Below, piece after piece: positions 10,971 through 24,314 of a stretch of 50,122 nt of DNA. A program made the position numbers and the translations under genes. Numbering within the stretch: the first letter of the stretch is position 1; the number at the start of each line of letters is the position of its first letter. The notes below the pieces were generated by a model. It made no database searches. It was given only the letters and a program-made list of their open reading frames with translations, and was not told the DNA's origin. Location: the NCBI GenBank assembly GCA_051942245.1, contig JAVECL010000118.1, positions 1 through 50,122 on the forward strand, read 5' to 3'. The stretch is from Trypethelium eluteriae (lineage: Eukaryota).

Positions 10971-11856
10971 TGCAGGCCTGCGCAATATCGATTGGGTCCT
11001 TCCCAAGTCATGATAAAGCAGAACCGGACATTGGCCAGATATCTGCCTGCTACTTTGACAGCACCCGAGTCCCGCAGCACCAGGTCCAACAACAAACCTC
11101 TGCAGCTCCACGTTGCGGCACTGGAGCCCCGAACCAAGTTACGATTGACGGTGCTGTCCAGAATCCTGGATTCAGGATACAGCTTTATCGTTATGGATAA
11201 ATTAGCCACATCTCTTCAGCTGGACGGTGTGAAGACAAAAGACACCGTGCTGTGCAAGACATGATGTCGACGGCACAGAGATACTCACCGTTCCATGCCT
11301 ATACTGAAAGAGCGCGAGCAATCCAGAGGCATTTGTTAGATGAAGTGGAACAACGTGTTGAGGTCAAAATTTCGGACGCATCTGACCTACGACGACAAAG
11401 ACACTACAACGGAAACTTTCCCCCTTTATAGAGTTGAGACAAGCCTCGAGTATTCTGTTCACCTGAAAAGAACATTAGGGCTATTGTGTAGATAGTAGAT
11501 TAGAAAGCATTGCAATTGATCATTTTGGTTTCGACCGAATTTCCGATAAGCTTCAAGAAGCTCCTTGTTATGCCATCACCTCCCGTCTATTTGGAGAAGA
11601 GCTCCAAAGTCAACATACATGAAAGCGTTCTCATCGCTCATTCTCCGATCTCATCAATCCTGGTCAGCTTGTCCAAAAGAGAAATCTCGCAGAAACCCGT
11701 TCGCTGCGTAACAACATAGAATAGGACTTTCTCTCAAGACACACAGTGGATACTTGCCGTTCTTCAAACGGGGCGACGAGTTTATCCGTATTGGCTCTTC
11801 TCATATTTCTCATATGCGGACTTCCGTGCCGCGCAAGCTCTCGAAGTATGCAAGCC

Positions 11857-13305
11857 TCACTCCTCGAGCATCCAATACCCGCCGATATCCTCGAATGTCT
11901 CCTCAAACCCTGGAAGTATCTCATCCATCGGACGGGCAATCACGTCGTACAGATCCGTACAGGCAGCAGTATCCAGGTTGAGTGGCCTGTTCGGTAGGTA
12001 GTTTCCAATATCATATTTGATCGAGACATTGACGTTCACAACGTGTTGTTCGTCAAAGTCACTCCTCTTGTAGACCTGAAAGATGCCGCCTCGACTCGCT
12101 CGCTGCCACTGCATTACTTCCTTGGCGATGGTCTTGACGAGGCCTCCGTGCATGAAGGCGATTCTCCCATCAGGATGGTGTTGCGCAAAGGAGTGCCCAC
12201 AGTAATAGCCATCGGTCATTGTACCCACACTTGTGAGCCACTTTGATGGGAAGCCATACTTGGTCTTGAGTGCATGCCATGCGAAGCGGAACATGTCTTT
12301 GTCTCCAAGCAGGAACTGGTTGTAGTAGTCTGCGTGTTCGTTGTTGAACCAGGCAGCTAGCTGCAAGTGATAGAAGTACCTTCTCTTATCCACGATCAAT
12401 TGGCCACTCTCCTGTTCGTACTCATTAACGCGGCATTGTGTATTTGTGATCGCCCACATTGGATTGTTTGGGCGGGTACGTGCAATATCTGGCCAGAATA
12501 ATGTCCCGTATTCCTTGTATGTGGTGGATTCATAGAGTAATGCCGGATCCATTATAGGAATATTGTCAGAATCTAGAAGAAGAGGCTCTGCAAAGCGTGA
12601 GTTTATCACGGCCGCTGTCTTGAGCTGGTAATTGATGAACTCTCCATCATGATTTGTCTTGAGTATGTTGGACGATGCTGAAAGGTCATTGAAATGCATT
12701 TTGTGCCACAAAGATGCGATTCTTTTCTGAGACTCCTCAGTCATCTCATCACCCCAGTAATGAACTTCGATCGGTAATTGACAACGCAATTTTGTTAGCG
12801 CTCTTAAGATAACTCTTACTCGCTTTAAACTCTTCTGGTTGCCGGCAACGATGACAATACCGCGGCCTTCAAATCTGTCCTTATACTTTTCGTAAGGAAG
12901 CATTCCTTTATCGACAAAGTCGTACCATTCTCCTCTGCGCATTTCAATCTCTGCATCACTTCGATCTTGCGTGACCCAATCACTCTGCCCTACGGCAAAT
13001 TGGAAGTTCACTTCATGCATCATTGGCCAGTTGCAAGCGGATTTCGCTTCCGCCATCGTTAATCTGGGGATCTGCATGATAGCCTTGAAATGAGGCAAGA
13101 AGGCGTCGGCCACCGGTAACGTGTGTGCATCCTCAACAAGCTCTGGAATGGGGAATGATGCCGAATCTGCGGCGCTACTCGCTTGCGATCGGTCTGATGA
13201 GTGAAACGGTCTGGTCCAATCCTCGTTCCAGAAGAGAAGACAATATATCAGACCAGCAGCGACTGCAGCCACAAGAATCCTGAAAGGACGATGCACAATA
13301 GTCAT
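11857..13305 (-). CDS. Golgi alpha-mannosyltransferase (GT71, MNN2/MNN5-like)
   Basis: Type II N-terminal TM; GRGIVIVAG, LLLDSDN (DxD), LFWPD, EQESGQL, GDKDMFRFAW. Confidence 0.93.
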   Translation of the reverse strand: MTIVHRPFRILVAAVAAGLIYCLLFWNEDWTRPFHSSDRSQASSAADSASFPIPELVEDAHTLPVADAFLPHFKAIMQIPRLTMAEAKSACNWPMMHEVNFQFAVGQSDWVTQDRSDAEIEMRRGEWYDFVDKGMLPYEKYKDRFEGRGIVIVAGNQKSLKRVRVILRALTKLRCQLPIEVHYWGDEMTEESQKRIASLWHKMHFNDLSASSNILKTNHDGEFINYQLKTAAVINSRFAEPLLLDSDNIPIMDPALLYESTTYKEYGTLFWPDIARTRPNNPMWAITNTQCRVNEYEQESGQLIVDKRRYFYHLQLAAWFNNEHADYYNQFLLGDKDMFRFAWHALKTKYGFPSKWLTSVGTMTDGYYCGHSFAQHHPDGRIAFMHGGLVKTIAKEVMQWQRASRGGIFQVYKRSDFDEQHVVNVNVSIKYDIGNYLPNRPLNLDTAACTDLYDVIARPMDEILPGFEETFEDIGGYWMLEE

Positions 13306-14737
13306 CTTGACTGAACACTTGGCGATGGAGCTCAGAGCCGCAAAGAGAATGACCCAGGTCTAGTGCAGCTCGCACCCGCCGAAAACGTATCAAAATTTTT
13401 GACAAAACAGTCGCTCAACATTCAGGATTAATTGGTCTTCAATAGCATCGTGAAGTATTATTCAACCTAGCGCCGCAAGGATATGGAGCGAGGATTTTGA
13501 CTTCGTTCCGACCGTCCGCTTGGTCAAGCTGGATCAGGCTCGTTGTCATGAGGCTCCCATCCTGTGCAAGTCCCACAAGTGGAGAACGAGTGGAGATGGG
13601 CGCGTCGAAAACTGCAGAGTTGTCGACATCTTATCTCGGCGTTTTACTGGGATCTAGGACCAGGACATGAGAAAGGTGCAGATTGAAACTGGCATTGGAG
13701 CTCAAATGGGAAGAATACGCGGCCTGGAGAAGAAGGCCGAACCCTAAAACCCCTGGGCATTGACCAGGACGCCATCCTACGCTTTGCCTAAAGGCAAGCA
13801 GCCGCGGCTCGCAGATGGCTGGTCCCATGTGAGAAAGGAGTCCGGTACTTCATGTGAGTGATAATGTCTTCACTATCGTTCCAGATTCTCCGCACGCTGA
13901 TGCTGGTCAGTCGGAAAAACGATGAGCCCTTCCTTTGGCCACAACACGCACGTGAAAATGTCGGGAGCTTGAAATGAGAGGTCGGTAATACTCCGTTAAA
14001 CAACTTCGCGGTCTAGCTAAATGATTATATGTCTTGCTATGCCAGTGGCACCTTTTCTGACTTCTACAGTGCAGCTGTATGGTATGGCTCGGCAAACCTA
14101 TTCTTTCGAACGGAGCTTGCGGACCGAGCAATGGGACCAAGTTCGCTAAAGAGTCCACAAATTAATCATTATAATTATTATTAAAGTATCAATACTAATT
14201 CGGCGACGCAAGGACAAGAGATACCTCCTCAAATTAAAACGTTGCGAACCCGCCTTGACTCGTCGGTATGTCTTTGAGAGTTCTGACAAAATGTGCACAG
14301 GCACGGGAGCGGTTCATGCTGTCGAAACAGTGCTCAAATCTAAGGTTTGGAGTCTTCCGAGTTGAGCTTGGAAGTCAAATCTTTCCCTTAAAATAGAGTT
14401 TGTGAGAAAGTGCTATTTCTACGATCAGGGACGTTTTGCTCACCACCTCTAATAGTACAAATAGACTCAGCAAGCATTGGAATCTTGGCTATTGCTCGAG
14501 AACTTGGGCTCAACGGGGCCAATGGCGAATACCTGCTATATCCCTGAAGTCAGATCAGGCATCGAGGAAAATGGTGTTATGTATCCCATCCAGAAACGAA
14601 TGTGCCGGACATCTCCAGATCGAAGAGCACGTGTGTCGCAAGGAGATGGTCGAATGAATAGCAACATGCCTTCTTTTGTGCCAACTCGTTTTCATATAGC
14701 ATGGTGAAACGGCACCGCAAGCGCTCGTAGGCGTTTC

Positions 14738-16876
14738 TCAAGTCCCTTGGGTGCTGGAAGCGGACGGTTTCTGCTTATGCAGCTCGTCAACTTCATCAAC
14801 TGCAGCACCGGCTATGCTTACTGACAGCTGTGCCTCAACTTGCACTAAGACCAGCTCAATGATCTGGTTGGACATCAACAAGCTTTTCTCTGGATTTTCA
14901 TATTAAGGAAACCTTACCGTGAAGCAGTCGTTTCCTCTTACAGCAGGATTTCCGATCAAAGTAGTTAGCTCTTCGGCGGTCTTAATCGGCCCAAAATACT
15001 GTGTTTGGTGAGCCGACCCAAACGCTTGTGGAATGGCGCTGTAGTCATAGACGGCGACTCCATTGTAGTCGGCTGTCTTGTCACGAGCCAAGCGCTCAAC
15101 ACTGTGGTCTGCACTATTGAGGATGAAGACGATAGGCTTGAGAGCAAATCGTAGCATGTCGGCAACAGCTTGCACAGTCAAGTGGAAAGATCCCTCGCCT
15201 GTGACAAGTATACCACGCCCGTATCTGCCGCAATCCTCTTTGATGGCTTGAAAGCATCCTACAGCGGCCCGAGTTGCGTGGCCAAAAGAGCCGGAGATGG
15301 TCTGGTTATACATGGAGACCCCCTTGGCAAACCTCGTGGTGCCAATACCAGAGGCCGATGAGCCATTTTCCGAAACAATGTAATCGCCTTTTTGAAAGAA
15401 GTCACTGAGAGCATGCCACATGAAATCTTGTGTTAGAGGTCCATGGGGCGAGATATCTCGCTCCGGATATGGGTCCCAGGCCATTTTAGATCCTGTTTTC
15501 CTATGGAGTGGAGCCCGCTGTAGACTATGGATGAGCGCCCGGAGCACATATTTCGTCTTGACATCGAACATCTGGTTGGAAATTTTGACGGAGAAACGCT
15601 GAAAGCCGATGAAGGCAGTCTTATCGAAGTCTGAGGTAAGTTCGCCGGTATTGACGTCGCTTAAGAAGCTCCCGAACCAGAATAAAGCATCGGACGTCGC
15701 GATAGTTCTTTTGACTTCAGCATGAGAGGCCGCACCTCCGTAGACCCCTCCAAAGTTGGGAAGTGTCTCGTTGACAATCCCTTTGCCCATCGCCGTCACG
15801 AATATTGGGAATCCAGTGAGCTTTGCAAGCTCATTAATTTCTTTGACGCATATGTTGCGTATCCCATCTGTTGTAATACACAGGTCAGCCTATCATCAAC
15901 TTCCGTGACCAACGAACTTACTGCCATCCACAACCATAGCCGGTTTCATCTTCGTCTCCATCCAAGTTCGAAGCTCGCTTATCACTATGTGCTCCAGCTC
16001 TAGATCATTCTGGGACAATTCCAGGGCAAGGGGGATTTGGAGACTATTATCAAAGACCGCAGCGTAGGCGATGTCGGTAGGAACGCCAATGTAAACAGGA
16101 CGAGATTCATAGATCATCGTATTAAGACATCTGTCGATTTCCGCACAGGCCGTACTCGGATTATCGAGCACAGTAACGGCAGCAGTAATGTCCGTACTCA
16201 TCTTGCGGTACGTACTGTGGTCGTATCAGCATCGATCTTTAAAACTCCAATGACCAAGTTCGGCGTACTCATATTTACTGTCCCCACCAGTATGATGCAT
16301 GATAAACCCTGCCTTTCGAGCAGTCACTGCAGGATAACCAACGATATGTGCCACTGGTACAAATTCGGTGTATTGACCAGCCATACCGGAGTAAGCCGAG
16401 AGCTCGCCAGCTCCGAAGGTGGTGACAAACGCGCCATAGTTCTTCACCCGAGCGTATCCACCGGCCGCGTAGGAAGCAACGAGCTCATCAGGATTGCCCT
16501 TAAACTGAAGGTCGTTGGTAAAGACAAGGTCAAGTAGAGCGTACTCGTTATCTAGAAGACGCAACGTATAAGTGTATACTCGCGCAACGTGTTGCCTGCG
16601 AACAGAAAGGGAGGTCGGGTGGTTCTGAAGCCATTCGCCTTGTCATACAAGGGTTGCTATTGCCAAACTGCGTATATGCAGCAAGGTCCGTGTACAATGG
16701 AAAGTACACTTATTCATCTCTTATGAATCATATCTCGAGGAACATCGAGTACACTGTAATCTGATGAGGAAGAATTGAGTCATGATAGACATACCTTGTG
16801 GCACGCCAAATACGGAAGTAATGCCAATTTGCTTGAGTCTCTGAAAAAGATAATCGCCCACTTTCACCTGCGGCAT
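14738..16876 (-). CDS. Pyruvate-decarboxylase-like ThDP enzyme, divergent, 5 exons
   Basis: MPQVKVGDYLFQRLKQIGITSVFGVPQ|D...DELVASYAAGGYAR...TTFGAGELSA...HHT...RPVYIGVP...TAMGKG...GEGSF. Four GT-AG introns give a continuous frame to TGA at 14738. Confidence 0.85.
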
Positions 16877-18675
16877 TCTGGCTATGTGCTAGATGAGGAA
16901 ATGCTTCAATTTAATATGCTGCAAAGAAGAGAGGGTCCAGAGCAACAGAAAGGTTCTTCCCAATAGCATCTCAGTCGTTGTCTGGTTGATGCAGCGGTCA
17001 AACGCGACCTTTAAATGAGGAAGTCATCGATTGCCACCTATTGTCTAGGAGGGCATCATTCTTTTCCAATACTGCAACTCTCTCGCGAAAGCGCTCTTTA
17101 TCAGCTCACCTGATCGGAATGCATATCTTACAAAGCGGCGGAGCCTCATTCGCACGAAGGGGTAGGTGTAGGGTGGAACTGAAAGCAAGCTAATGAATGA
17201 ACGCCTGAGGCAGGTGCCTATCGCGTTGCAGCTGCACCCAGTCAGCTTGATCAATAGAAGGTGTGGCAATGAAACCGTTGACAGGTCGGCTCGAGATATC
17301 AAGTCTGTCAACAGCGGGTAATGTCAGTCGACGCCGTGTATCGATTATACGAGTTTCGAAGTCTGGATGGCACTTTCAGAAAGGTCTATTGGCTACGAGG
17401 AGGCTGATCAGAACTCCATTTGGAATGTTTGTGGCCAAGGACGTGCAGCGTGGGAGAGGAAGATACAGCGGGAATAAGGCAAAGACAACCAGACCCCGTG
17501 TTGTTAACACGATTGGCCAAACCAGACTAGGCTCTTGAGAGTCTACTGAGGTAATCTTCATATGTGCTGCTCTCGTAAGGATACACGTAATCGGATGAAG
17601 TCCGGGTAACACTCAAACGACCGGGATGATGTAGCAATACCTCTGCTACAAGCATCACCTGAAGTTATGATAGGTGTAGCGAGCCAATTACCCATCTGAG
17701 GCGCGGTGCCAAGTACCATACCCATCATTTCGCCAAGCCAAAAGGGCTGTCACTGCATAGGGACAGGACATGCTCTGGACGGCCGGATGGCCGCGAGGGA
17801 GGATATCGCCATTGCAGTGACCTGGAAGTCGTCGTTTCCAATGACAGTGCACGATGTCAGTGGCAATGTCACTAGAGAGCGTCCATGCTGATGGTCGAAC
17901 GTGAGGACCAGCTTGCCATTGGGGAAGTTATTTCACAGCTTCTGGATTCGCCATTTTCGTTAGATTAGGCAGCCATGGCTCGATTTGTCCTCGTCGATGC
18001 CGGGGGAGTCAGCCGTTCTATGATAGTACTCAGCCGATGAAGACCAAAGCTTTAGGAGTAGCTTAATCAGTATTGCTCTGAGCGGCCGAGGTAAGGGGTC
18101 CTCGGGATTTGGAAGTGTACCAATGGAAGTTCCTCTGAAATGGTGGATGATTTAAGGCGATAGGGTTGAGTGAGAAGAAGAACGCATAGCGCGGTCCACG
18201 GAACCAATTGTAGAGTGTAACTAGGCGATGAGTGTACGACAATTTTAGTGGCAAGAAAACACGACCTGAAGCTGAACGTCGGCCGGATTCCCGGCCATTT
18301 CCACTCTATGGGTAGAGTATTGGAGCACCCCCTGAGGTTTCAATGCACAAGTGCGCCTTTGGCCACCTCTCTCAGGTCGATTTGAGAGCACTCATTCCTG
18401 AACGAAAACACAGCGATGCCCGTTGTGTCGCAATCTGCGTAGGTTGTAGGAGTGGGTAGGGTGTGCATCGAAGGAAGGTACGGAGTAATTAGTGGGGGAA
18501 GAAATCCGTTTATTTGACATCGGCGTCGGGAAGCGCCGCGCTTACGCCCGTAAAGTAGGTACCTTAGGGAACGGGCCATTAGTTATCGTACTCTACCTGA
18601 GTTCTACGAGGTTCCAGAAAGACCTCACAGCCTCAACTTTATCAGCATATTGACGTCAAAGTTGACTGCTGCAAG

Positions 18676-19240
18676 ATGCAGCGACGGATGGTGAGTCAAG
18701 CGTAAGTCTACTCCCGGTAGAGACACTGATTTCTCGAAGCTGTCGAAGGAGGACGAGGTTACGTCCGGAGGAGAAGATATCCAGGTCCGTCGGGAGGACC
18801 AAGATAAGATAAATCGATTCAGCCGCCTTCATCAAAAGGAGACCAAGCTCGTGGAAGAGTTGAAGGCAAAGGAGGCACGACTTCTTCCATCTATCAATTA
18901 TATTCTGACTAACTTCCGATCCAGAAAGAGAAAGAAGATCTCGAGGAAGTCTCCACAGAGCTTGAGCTCGCAGATGACGACGTGAAGATACCGTAGGCAG
19001 CAGCATTTCCATAGCCCGATATCCTTTCCGCTAAACTCATGATGCAGCTACAAAATTGGAGATTCCTTTGTTTCTCTTCCGCCCGCAGAAGCACTGGAGT
19101 TACTCGCAGCCTCGAATGAGAAGATCGAAACCAGCGTGACGAAGCTAGAGGACACGCTGAGCACCCTGCGAGATGAAAAGGACGAGCTCAAGGTGGATTT
19201 GTACGCTCGTTTCGGAAAAAGCATCAATCTGGAGACTTAA
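18676..19240 (+). CDS. GIM3: Prefoldin subunit 4 (absent from the ORF track), 4 exons
   Basis: MQRRM | LSKEDE...VRREDQDKINRFSRLH...KAKE | KEKEDLEEVSTELELADDD..IP | YKIGDSF...ELKVDLYARFGKSINLET*. Confidence 0.93.
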
Positions 19241-19663
19241 ATTTACGGTCAGCTATTATATAGACAATAGAGCAAGGAAAGTTATCCAGATCGTTTAGAG
19301 TACTGCTTCCGTCGGTCATTTTTACCCGAAGCTCGTCGATGATTGGCCCGAGAACCACATCTGGCGAAGCCGACGAAGGACCACTAATAATTTCTCGACC
19401 CCACGAACGAACAACCCCTCGAAAAATCCAAGCTTCCTTGCCGTTTGAGCCGATCGATGCTACACAGCCGTACGGTGAAGCTGGACTCGCGCTATGACTT
19501 AACCTGTTGAAGATATGTCCCATGCAAGATTGATTTAGGTTGTCTCCCGCCACAATGGCTTTGCAGGAAAGCACTTTCCTGCGGATCGCTATCGTTGACT
19601 TCCCTGGTTTTTCGAGGCAGGCTCTATTGCTCTTTCAGAAGAGGGCACCGAGACTTGGGCAGG

Positions 19664-21626
19664 ATGACCAAAGAATTCGATGCCTCGCAAGAGCCGCGAG
19701 AGAAGATCGACAGCCTAGACATAACTCCATCAAACACACTAATAAGGACACTTTCTTGTAAGTCAAACGCAAGTTTCCCTCCTACAGTTGTCTCTTACCG
19801 CTTCCAGCATTGAGTCATGACAATACCAAATATAAAGACTCAGAACTCTACCAAGCTGAATCGCAACGTCAAGCACGCCTGGCCGCCATGCCAAGATCTA
19901 GAAGCCGCTCTCGTACACCCAGTACGCACGGTTCTAATACCGTATTAGAGTTTGACAACAACGATCCTGCTGATCCCCATAATTGGCCGTTCCGAAAAAA
20001 AGCCTCCATTCTTGCGGTGGGAATTGTAGCAGTGCTGAACAGTACAATCGGTAGTTCCTTAGCATCGGGCGTCATGCCTGAAATTGCCGCTCATTTCAGC
20101 ATCACGAATCAAGAACAGTTAGTTCTTCCGACTTCTATCTTTCTTCTCGGATACGTTGTCGGACCGCTGGGCTGGGGGCCTCTAAGTGAAGCACTTGGAA
20201 GGTATCCTATCCTTATATCCTCATTCTCTGGCTATGTGATATGGATGATGGCCTCCGCACTCGCGCCAACATGGGCCAGTCTGAACGTGTTTCGCTTTCT
20301 CTCGGGCGTCTGCGCATCTTGTCCAATCTCAGTCGTTGGTGGCCTCTTTGCCGATGTCTTCAACGATCTCGTCACGCGGGGACGTGCTCTTTCGATATTC
20401 ATGGCCAGTACGTGTCTAGGCCCGGTCGCTGGTCCGATCATTTCGGGGTTTCTTGCACCGGTATCTTGGAGGTGGCCGTTTTGGGCCGGGCTCATTATTG
20501 CTGGGGTCTCGTGGCTATTTCTACTAATTACGCCAGAGACCTACGGACCCATTATCCTGAAGAAACGAGCTCAGGATATCCGTAAAAAGACTGGTGAAGA
20601 GATCTATGCTCCGATCGAGCTGGAGACTACAAACTGGGTAGACCTACTGGTCACAGTCCTAGCTCGACCCTTTCGCATGCTATTCCTAGAGCCACTTGTG
20701 CTTTTCTCGTGTCTGTTCCAAGCCTATGTTTACGGACTGTTTTACATGTTCTTCTTTGCCTTTCCCATCATTTACGAAGGTCCGAAAATCGCCATCTGTG
20801 AATTGTGGCTGTGGCTTACAAAGTAATAGGCACCTATGATTTTAATGCTGGCGAAGAGGGTCTGACATTTTTACCCAGTATGTATCTCAACTCTTCAAAG
20901 CGACCGTACCCTGACAGTGGTGGCAGTCGCTGTTGGATCTGGAATAGCTTGTGGCATCTATCTCACTTGGGACTATGTTCTCCAGAATGCCCAGCACCAA
21001 CGCAAACCATGGTCGTTAAAAGAAGAATATCGCCGTCTGCCCCTTGCATGTATTGGCGGTCCGTTATTCGCTGTCAGCTTGTTCTGGCTTGGTTGGGCAG
21101 CTCGGCCAACGGTGCACTGGATTGTTCCCGTACTGGCCGGTGTGCCTTGTGGGATAGGCTATCTACTGATTTTTATGGCTTTACTCAAGTAAGTGTCCGA
21201 TCTAGTCCCAAGTGAACTATTGCTGACATACGTTTAGCTACATCATTGATGCTTACGCAGTATTTGCAGCGTAAGTTCATGACATGGCAACGGTTTATGG
21301 TACAATTAAGTAATAACAATCCATACAGATCCGCATTAGCTGCTGCTGCCTGCAGCAGAAGCCTTATGGGAGTTGTACTACCCTTCGCCTCGAAACCTTT
21401 ATACAATCGTCTCGGAGTACCATGGGCGTGTTCCCTACTTGGATTTCTCAGTTTAGCAATGTGTGTGATACCCATAGTGTTCATTCAATACGGTGACCGC
21501 ATCCGGGCGCGTAGTAAGTGGTGTCAGGAGCTCGCCAGATTGAGGGGAGAGGGAGAAGAGAAACAAAGACAACAAACAAATGTTACATCGAAAACTTACG
21601 AATCAAATAATGAGAAAATGGCTTGA
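19664..21626 (+). CDS. MFS drug:H+ antiporter (DHA1-type), multi-exon
   Basis: First exon MTKEFDASQ... spliced to DPADPHNWP, WGPLSEALGRYP, WRWPFW, PETYGPIIL, RPFRMLFLEP, EYRRLP and SALAA...RS. Confidence 0.92.
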
Positions 21627-23159
21627 GATCGACGCCAAAGGATGAACCTTCAAGTCGATATATCACGAGACTTCGAAATATTGTCTTTATTGACTAGCCT
21701 AATCATCACATAGACCATACAACAGAAACTAGATTACGTTACACAAACACTTCACGCATCAACGCCCGCTCCTATTTTCCAATTTTTCTTAATTTTTCCA
21801 GAATTTCGAAAATTTCTTCAACAACAGTCTAGAAACACAGCCCATGAGGGACCTCGACGTTACGCAAAGTGATGACCCAACGATTAGTCTAGATGAGATG
21901 CAAGGTCTAAGACGATTGCCCCACTCGCTCATCTCGGTTCCATGGAACTCAGCAACAGGAGCACCCCGTTCCTACCAAAACTGATGTTGTATGGATAAAA
22001 AAGGGGCAGGTGGAGAATTGATCGGTGACCTCCGTGAAGTGGCGAAGCAGCGAACCAACCCGGCCGTTACTCGGTGCAGCAAGTCTCCTGCATGCGTTGT
22101 CTACAACGGGCTTCAGCAGGGCAAGTCTGGGTTTAATGAGAAAATTTCTTCATAGTGCTTCAACCAATCAAAGCGTCATGGAGCTCTACCTGAACAGAGC
22201 CAATATCCTCGCCCAGTAGCGATAGCTTAATTTTTGATCCATGCACTGTGCCGCCTGTATGTCGATGCTATGTATCGTACCTGACAATCTGCTATAGGTA
22301 AGCGAGGTGGGGCAAGCGAAACGAGTTATACCACACCTTGCGTAGTAATTGCAGAGTTTGTTATTTCCTGTTTTGGCGAGATGTCGCGAACGAAGTCTGG
22401 AAGACTCTCACTCTAAAAGTGCGGCTACGAGCCACCAATTGATACAAGGGAAAAGAATCAATGAAGCTACCGAGGTCATGGGCCCAATCCTCGTTCTCGT
22501 GCCATCTATGAAGCAATCTGTAGTACTAATACCTCCCGCGCCGAATTACATTCTTGACAGTTACCCACGGGCCTGCTTCGACTGTCGCATTTCCAGCCGC
22601 AGCAAGAAGTCCAATGTCTTCCAACATAATCCAATTAGGGAAAGACCGCCTTTGTGCAGAGGAAAGTCGAGGCACCCGTCGCCACAGTCAGGACGTTCAG
22701 TGCAAACCTTGCATCGCTCCAGCTGGGCAAGGTAGGTAACCCCCACGCTCACCTAAAGCCAGACTACACTATGGAAAGCGTTCGATCTCTTCCGAACACA
22801 TTCAAAAGCATCGACAAACTTAGGGTTTATGCGCCGTTGGAGCTGATCTTTATCCCTGTTCCCGGAAATTTACTGCACCCCGTTCCCGGGACCTTACTGC
22901 ACCCCTGCCAACACACAGAGGATCATTCCAAAGAAAATGAGCGTATCCAAATGAAAGATCTAATTGAAAGGTAAATATAGCAAAGATAGATAGTTTTTTG
23001 GCCTCAGCAATCAGCCGCTAAATGGGTATGCCATGATTCGTCTCGAGTTTGCCTCAATAATATACAATCTGGAAAGAGGAAAGGAGATTGAAAAGGAATG
23101 AGACAGAAGACAGGGGAGAACTCCAACGATATCGTACAGATCTCCCACCCCCTGGATCA

Positions 23160-23975
23160 TCAACCCCACTGCCTCCCTCCATCCACCTCCAAATTGACCC
23201 CGTTCACAAACTTCCCCTCGTCGCTCGCCAAAAACAGCGCCGCATTCGCCACATCGCTCGGCTCCGTCAGCCTCCCCAGCGGCACATTCCCCAGAAACCG
23301 CTGCACGTTCTCCGGCGTATTCTCGACCCCCGTGAACGCCGAGAACAGCGCCGTCCCGCTGAGCAGCGGACACAGCGCATTGACGCGGATCTGGTCGGGC
23401 CCATACTCCGCCGCCAGCGCCTTCGTCGCATTGCTCACCGCCCCCTTCGTCGCATTATACCACACCAAGCCCGGGCGCGGGCGCACGCTGCCGATGCTCG
23501 CGATGTTGATGACGGAGCCGCCGTTGCCGAGCTTGCGCATCGCGGGGATGGCGACGTTGACGGACCAGAAGATGGACTTGACGTTGACGTCGAACACGCG
23601 GTCGAATTCGACTTCCGTAACGTCTAGCGTCGGCTTGTTCTTGTAGCTCGTCCCTGCGTTGTTGATCAGGATGTCGAGCCGGCCCCAAGCGGAGAGGATG
23701 CCGTCGACGACGCGGTGCCAGTCGTCGCCGAGCGTGACGTTCATCTTCTCCGCGCGCACGTTCTCGCCGAGTTGTTGCGCGAGGGTTTGTGCGCCGGATT
23801 CGTTGAGGTCGGCGAGGAGGACGCGGCAGCCTTGTTGAGAGAAGAGCGCGCTCATGGCGGCACCGAAGCCGGAGGCGCCGCCCGTGATGAGGGCGACTTT
23901 GCCGGCGAGACGGCCGGTGGTGGAGACGGCAGCATTCTCTGCGAAGGGGGTGGGTTCAGTGTTTGAGGTGGACAT
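23160..23975 (-). CDS. Classical short-chain dehydrogenase/reductase (FabG/TsaC-like), intronless
   Basis: TGGASGFG, INNAG, YNATK (YxxxK), IRVNAL and VDGG; likely start MSTSN at 23975. Confidence 0.93.
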   Translation of the reverse strand: MSTSNTEPTPFAENAAVSTTGRLAGKVALITGGASGFGAAMSALFSQQGCRVLLADLNESGAQTLAQQLGENVRAEKMNVTLGDDWHRVVDGILSAWGRLDILINNAGTSYKNKPTLDVTEVEFDRVFDVNVKSIFWSVNVAIPAMRKLGNGGSVINIASIGSVRPRPGLVWYNATKGAVSNATKALAAEYGPDQIRVNALCPLLSGTALFSAFTGVENTPENVQRFLGNVPLGRLTEPSDVANAALFLASDEGKFVNGVNLEVDGGRQWG

Positions 23976-24314
23976 TTTCCAATGCGTGACCTGATTTCGG
24001 TGATGGCGAATTGAACATGGGATACAGACTCTAGGGAGTACCTTAACCAAATATCAAAATATAGACATCTGTAGTTTTGGAAAGGTGGGGAAAATGGAGG
24101 GGCCATGACGATGGCGGGGTAGTCTGGCTTGGAGCCAAGCAAGCAAATCCGGAGGAACAGCGTGGACGATCTGCAGCTAATCGAGAATTGGAACTTTGTT
24201 TGGGTTGGACGTTCCGATCGTGTCTGGAGTTCAAAGTAGTATTGTATAATCGATGCCTAGACTTCAAATGAAACGATTGATGTGGCGACATACACGTTCC
24301 CTGAAAGGTACGAA

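Noticed and set aside
14738..16876. PDC-like gene as a frameshifted pseudogene
   Set aside because: The ORF breaks are all explained by canonical introns that preserve frame.
17045..18579. Several short ORFs between the PDC-like and prefoldin genes
   Set aside because: No coherent spliced model or recognisable motif could be built.
22349..22974. Short ORFs including a 24-bp tandem duplication (PVPGNLLH/PVPGTLLH)
   Set aside because: The duplication is real but tiny; no supportable gene model.
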